From Candidatus Acidiferrales bacterium (lineage in GTDB: Bacteria; Acidobacteriota; Terriglobia; Acidiferrales; UBA7541), in the NCBI GenBank assembly GCA_965197305.1, contig CBDAMS010000013.1, positions 1,199,121-1,263,120 on the forward strand: 64,000 bases of DNA. Direction: 5' to 3'. Shown in pieces: positions 61,037-64,000 of the stretch (the first letter of the stretch is position 1; each line of letters begins with the position of its first letter). The notes beneath the pieces are model-generated. The model saw only the letters and a program-made list of their open reading frames with translations, was not told where the DNA came from and did no database searches. The position numbers were made by a program, and so were the translations under genes.

Positions 61037-61429
61037 TGCTCTTCCTCCTTCGATAATCTTAAGAGTATCCGCGAATTGGTGCAACCGCGGAATACACTAC
61101 CTTCCTCTTCCCATGAGTATGCTGGACATTATGCTGGACCCCAATTTATAGAAGGGTTCCCCTAGCAGAAGAGACACAAGATGTGCACCGAACTCTGACA
61201 TAAGGCCTTCATACAGCTTCGCTCATGACGTTCCAGGCGAATTCTAAGGATTTTGCCCACCAGCAGGTACTGTATTGCAGCGACTGGTAACAATTTGATG
61301 CCCGAATGCTAAAAGCGCACACCGAATGGAGTGGCCGGATGCTCCCTGGCGGGTTCACCCGTATTTAATTCTGAGGCATTGGTGCATGAATCGGCGTAAG
61401 CGGGCACGCTAGCATCGGCGGAGGGTTCC

Positions 61430-62438
61430 GGTCCATCATGGAGATCAAGGGGGCAACGTCATGGCCGCAGAGAAGTCGAGCCGAATCAACCGCCAGTACA
61501 AGACGAAGTACAGAATCCGGAACTGGAGGGAGTACGAGCGTGGCCTCAGGAGCCGCGGGGACGTCACGATCTGGCTGAGCGAGGATGCGATTGCCGCGTG
61601 GATACCACCGAAGAACGGTCTCCGCGGAGGGCAGCGTCGATACTCGAACCTCGCGATCCGGACCGCGTTGACGCTGCGGGTCGTCTTCGGCCTACCGCTT
61701 CGCCAGACGGAGGGGTTTCTGGACTCGCTGCTCAGCTTGATGAGCCGCGACCTCAAGGCCCCGGACCACACCACCCTCTAGCGCCGGAACCAAATCGTTG
61801 TGGTGCCGCCCCTGACCCGAGCCCACGACGGCCCGATCGACCTGATCGTTGATTCCACAGGGCTCAAGATTCTGGGTCGCGGCGAATGGAACGCGCACAA
61901 GCACAAGGCATCGAAGAAACGCCGGGATTGGCGGAAGCTGCACATCGGAGTAGATGCCAAGGGGTTCATTGTGGCGGCCGAACTCACAGCGAGCAGCCGG
62001 GACGACGCCTCCACACTCCCTGATCTTCTCGCCCCGCTCGAAGTTCCCATCCGGCGTTTCACGGCGGACGGGGCCTACGACCACAGATCGGTCTACGATC
62101 GGGCCAGCGCGGCCGGTACAGAGAACGTCGTGGTTGTGATCCCCCCTCGTCGCTCTGCGCTGTCGGCGGGGCCCACCGACGGCCCCTGGGCGCAGCGTGA
62201 AGCGTCTCTTCAGAGGATTCGCAAGGTCGGGCGACGGGAGTGGCAGAAGGAGTCGGGCTACCGACAGCAGGCGCGCGTTGAGAACAGCTTCTTCCGATAC
62301 AAGTCCGTGTTCGGAGGCGACCTGAAGGCGAGGCACAGCAAGGCGCAACGCAGAGAAGCCGCGATCGGGTGTCACATCCTCAACCGGATGGCCGAGCTCG
62401 GTAGGCCATCGTCGTACGCTCTTGGTAGGTGATGGACC
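61430..62438 (+). mobile_element. IS5-family insertion sequence (about 1 kb)
   Basis: Terminal inverted repeats GGTCCATCA..ATCAAG (61430-) and CTTGGT..TGATGGACC (-62438), flanking one transposase reading frame. No matching target duplication seen. Confidence 0.65.
61461..62432 (+). pseudogene. IS5-family DDE transposase with a single in-frame TAG
   Basis: ORFs 61461-61781 and 61800-62432 are in the same frame: ...KAPDHTTL-[TAG 61779-61781]-RRNQIVV...IDLIVDSTGLKILGRGEWNAHKH...RRDWRKLHIGVD... Confidence 0.75.
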
Positions 62439-62443
62439 TGTGA

Positions 62444-62803
62444 GTCGGGTTCGTTGCGGGCCAGTTCCGATTCATGCACCAACGCCACGTTCTGGCGAAT
62501 GTCGCCTACGCCCTGCCACCGCTCACTCGCGAGGAGCGGGCCACCCGAGCTAAAGTAGCGATTCATGCCCACTTCAACAGCAAGCAGCAAGCGTTCCTGG
62601 AGTTTGTACTCGCTCAGTACGTGAAAGTTGGCGTGCAGGAATTGGATCAGCAGAAGTTGTCACCCTTGCTGAAGCTCAGATACAACAACGCCATCGCCGA
62701 CGCGGTGGCAGACTTGGGCAGGCCGGAAGAGATTGGACAGGTTTTCTTCGGGTTCCAGAAATACCTTTACCAGCCAAGCGTGATAAATCAACCCTATGCT
62801 TAG
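62444..62803 (+). pseudogene. C-terminal stub of a type I restriction enzyme R subunit (EcoEI_R_C-like domain)
   Basis: ...LANVAYALPPLTREERA...QQAFLEFVLAQYVKVGVQELDQQKLSPLLKLRYNNAIADAVADLGRPEEIGQVFFGFQKYLY. The frame opens immediately after the IS5 end. Confidence 0.6.
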
Positions 62804-63224
62804 AACTAAAGCCGAGCAAGCCGCCATCTGCCGCCCCATCCGGAATTTTTGTTTGACCTGCCCCCGTTTGTTAGATGGATAACAGCCTTGCAGGAGCACG
62901 GTTAGCCGCTCGACAAACAGGAGAAGGCGAGGCAGACGGTGCTCGAACCAACGGAGGTGCTGTCTGCCGGTTGGGTGACTTGACCCCGGATCAATGGACG
63001 CAGTCGGCGCGTATTGGAATGGCTTGATGCTTACCCGCCGACGCTCAATCGGCAACACGACACCAGCCGTTGTAAGGAGGCTGACCTTACGGGACGGAGC
63101 AACGGCCTGGATACCTCCCGTCATTCACCGATCTGACTGTATCCGAAATTGTATATGTGTGAAGTTGGTAAATTTACAAGTTGCTTCATATAAATAACTT
63201 AACAAGCCATTCGATATACGGAGC

Positions 63225-63630
63225 TATGACTTCCTCAGCGCCCGGACTCATGATGGAAGGCTGCTGCGGATACTCCCGCTGATCGACGAGTATACGCGGG
63301 AATGCCTGGCACTACGGGTAGCACGGAGGCTGAACTCGCAGGATATGATCGAGACGCTGTCGGATGTAATGCTGTGGCGGGGGATTCCGAAGCATATCCG
63401 CTCCGACAATGGACCGGAGTTTGTTGCCCGGCAGTTGATGGAGTGGCTCCGGGGACTGGGAACCAGGCCGCTATATTATATATCGAGCCTGGCAGTCCGT
63501 AGGAGAACGGGGCCTGCGAGAGCTGTAATGGGAAGTTGAGGGAGGAATGCCTGAATGGGAAGATCTTCTACTCGTTGCAGGGCTTCCTACCACATCGGTG
63601 TTCCCCTGTCGCTCTGGGATGGCTTGCTTG
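63225..63630 (+). pseudogene. decayed fragment of an IS3-family orfB
   Basis: YDFLSARTHDGRLLRILPLIDEYTRECLALRVARRL...MLWRGIPKHIRSDNGPEFVARQL..., then a frameshift, then IEPGSP-[TAG]-ENGACESCNGKLREECLNGKIFYSL. Related to IS3-2 orfB. Confidence 0.6.
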
Positions 63631-63734
63631 AGGTGTGCGAGTGGGCATTACTGCAGGACGACTGGAAAGACCTCTCCGCCGGTGCCTGCCCTTGCCTGCC
63701 GTCCCTCGATGTTGGCGCCGTGGACGTGTCCTTA

Positions 63735-64000
63735 TCAGTTGCTTGCCAGGACGCGTCCCAGCGCTTTTTTCACCGCTTCGCCATCTCGTCTCGACAACGT
63801 CCCGAGCTTACGGACAACCAGAGCGTCATCGAGGGTGAAGAGCTTAAAACGGACCTTGCAGGGAACGTTGAGACCAGCTTCCCGCCAGCCCTGAATCGCT
63901 ACGTCGCTCGGCCAATCGCTTCCGGCAGAGGTGATCATAGCCAGGATCGATTGTTCATGAGCTCGATTGAAGTTTGCCGATGAGATGATCAAGGCCGGTC
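63735..64000 (-). CDS. PemK/MazF-family toxin (5' end beyond the right window edge)
   Basis: (RP)ALIISSANFNRAHEQSILAMITSAGSDWPSDVAI...VPCKVRFKLFTLDDALVVRKLGTLSRRDGEAVKKAL. The frame is still open at position 64000. Confidence 0.6.
   Translation of the reverse strand, partial: PALIISSANFNRAHEQSILAMITSAGSDWPSDVAIQGWREAGLNVPCKVRFKLFTLDDALVVRKLGTLSRRDGEAVKKALGRVLASN

Overview
The window splits into two very different halves.

**(A) 1-30.1 kb: housekeeping block.** This is a compact, syntenic stretch of a Gram-negative chromosome. The gene content, plus the CarboxypepD_reg-type TonB receptor further right, suggests an Acidobacteriota-like host, but that is inference only. Genes in order:
- an edge-truncated MBL-rhodanese gene that is missing from the ORF track
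- fabH, a DUF218 gene, and rel
- TPR-lipoprotein/exbD/exbD/exbB/tonB
- secF-secD-yajC-tgt
- rpoD-dnaG
- mutS2-LOG-dacB
- a SYLF gene, three genes of unknown function, gatCA, and a prohibitin gene

**(B) 30.1-64 kb: rearranged accessory region.** It holds four IS3-family elements plus two IS3-type fragments, and one element each of IS6, IS21, IS256 and IS5. Most carry single-nucleotide lesions. Interleaved with them:
- a 5'-truncated DNA methyltransferase/nuclease-like fusion
- a G+C-rich patch with a Slam/DUF560 (type XI secretion) outer-membrane translocator and a 735-aa TbpB-fold surface lipoprotein that has an unusual Ala/Glu/Asp-rich stalk
- a decayed type I-U/I-G cas operon in which only cas7 (csb1) is intact
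- an M48 peptidase
- a plasmid-type repA remnant next to an iteron/DnaA-box/AT-rich oriV-like region
- HigBA, VapBC and a partial MazF
- a frameshifted Zn-ribbon/Rx4H (HEPN-like) gene
- two paralogous beta-barrel OMP genes, each knocked out by a different IS
- a TonB-dependent receptor
- an HsdR C-terminal stub

I found no rRNA, no convincing tRNA and no CRISPR array. The most interesting items are the Slam-lipoprotein pair, the orphan cas7 and the integrated replicon remnant. All calls rest on reading the translations and DNA by eye; no searches were run.
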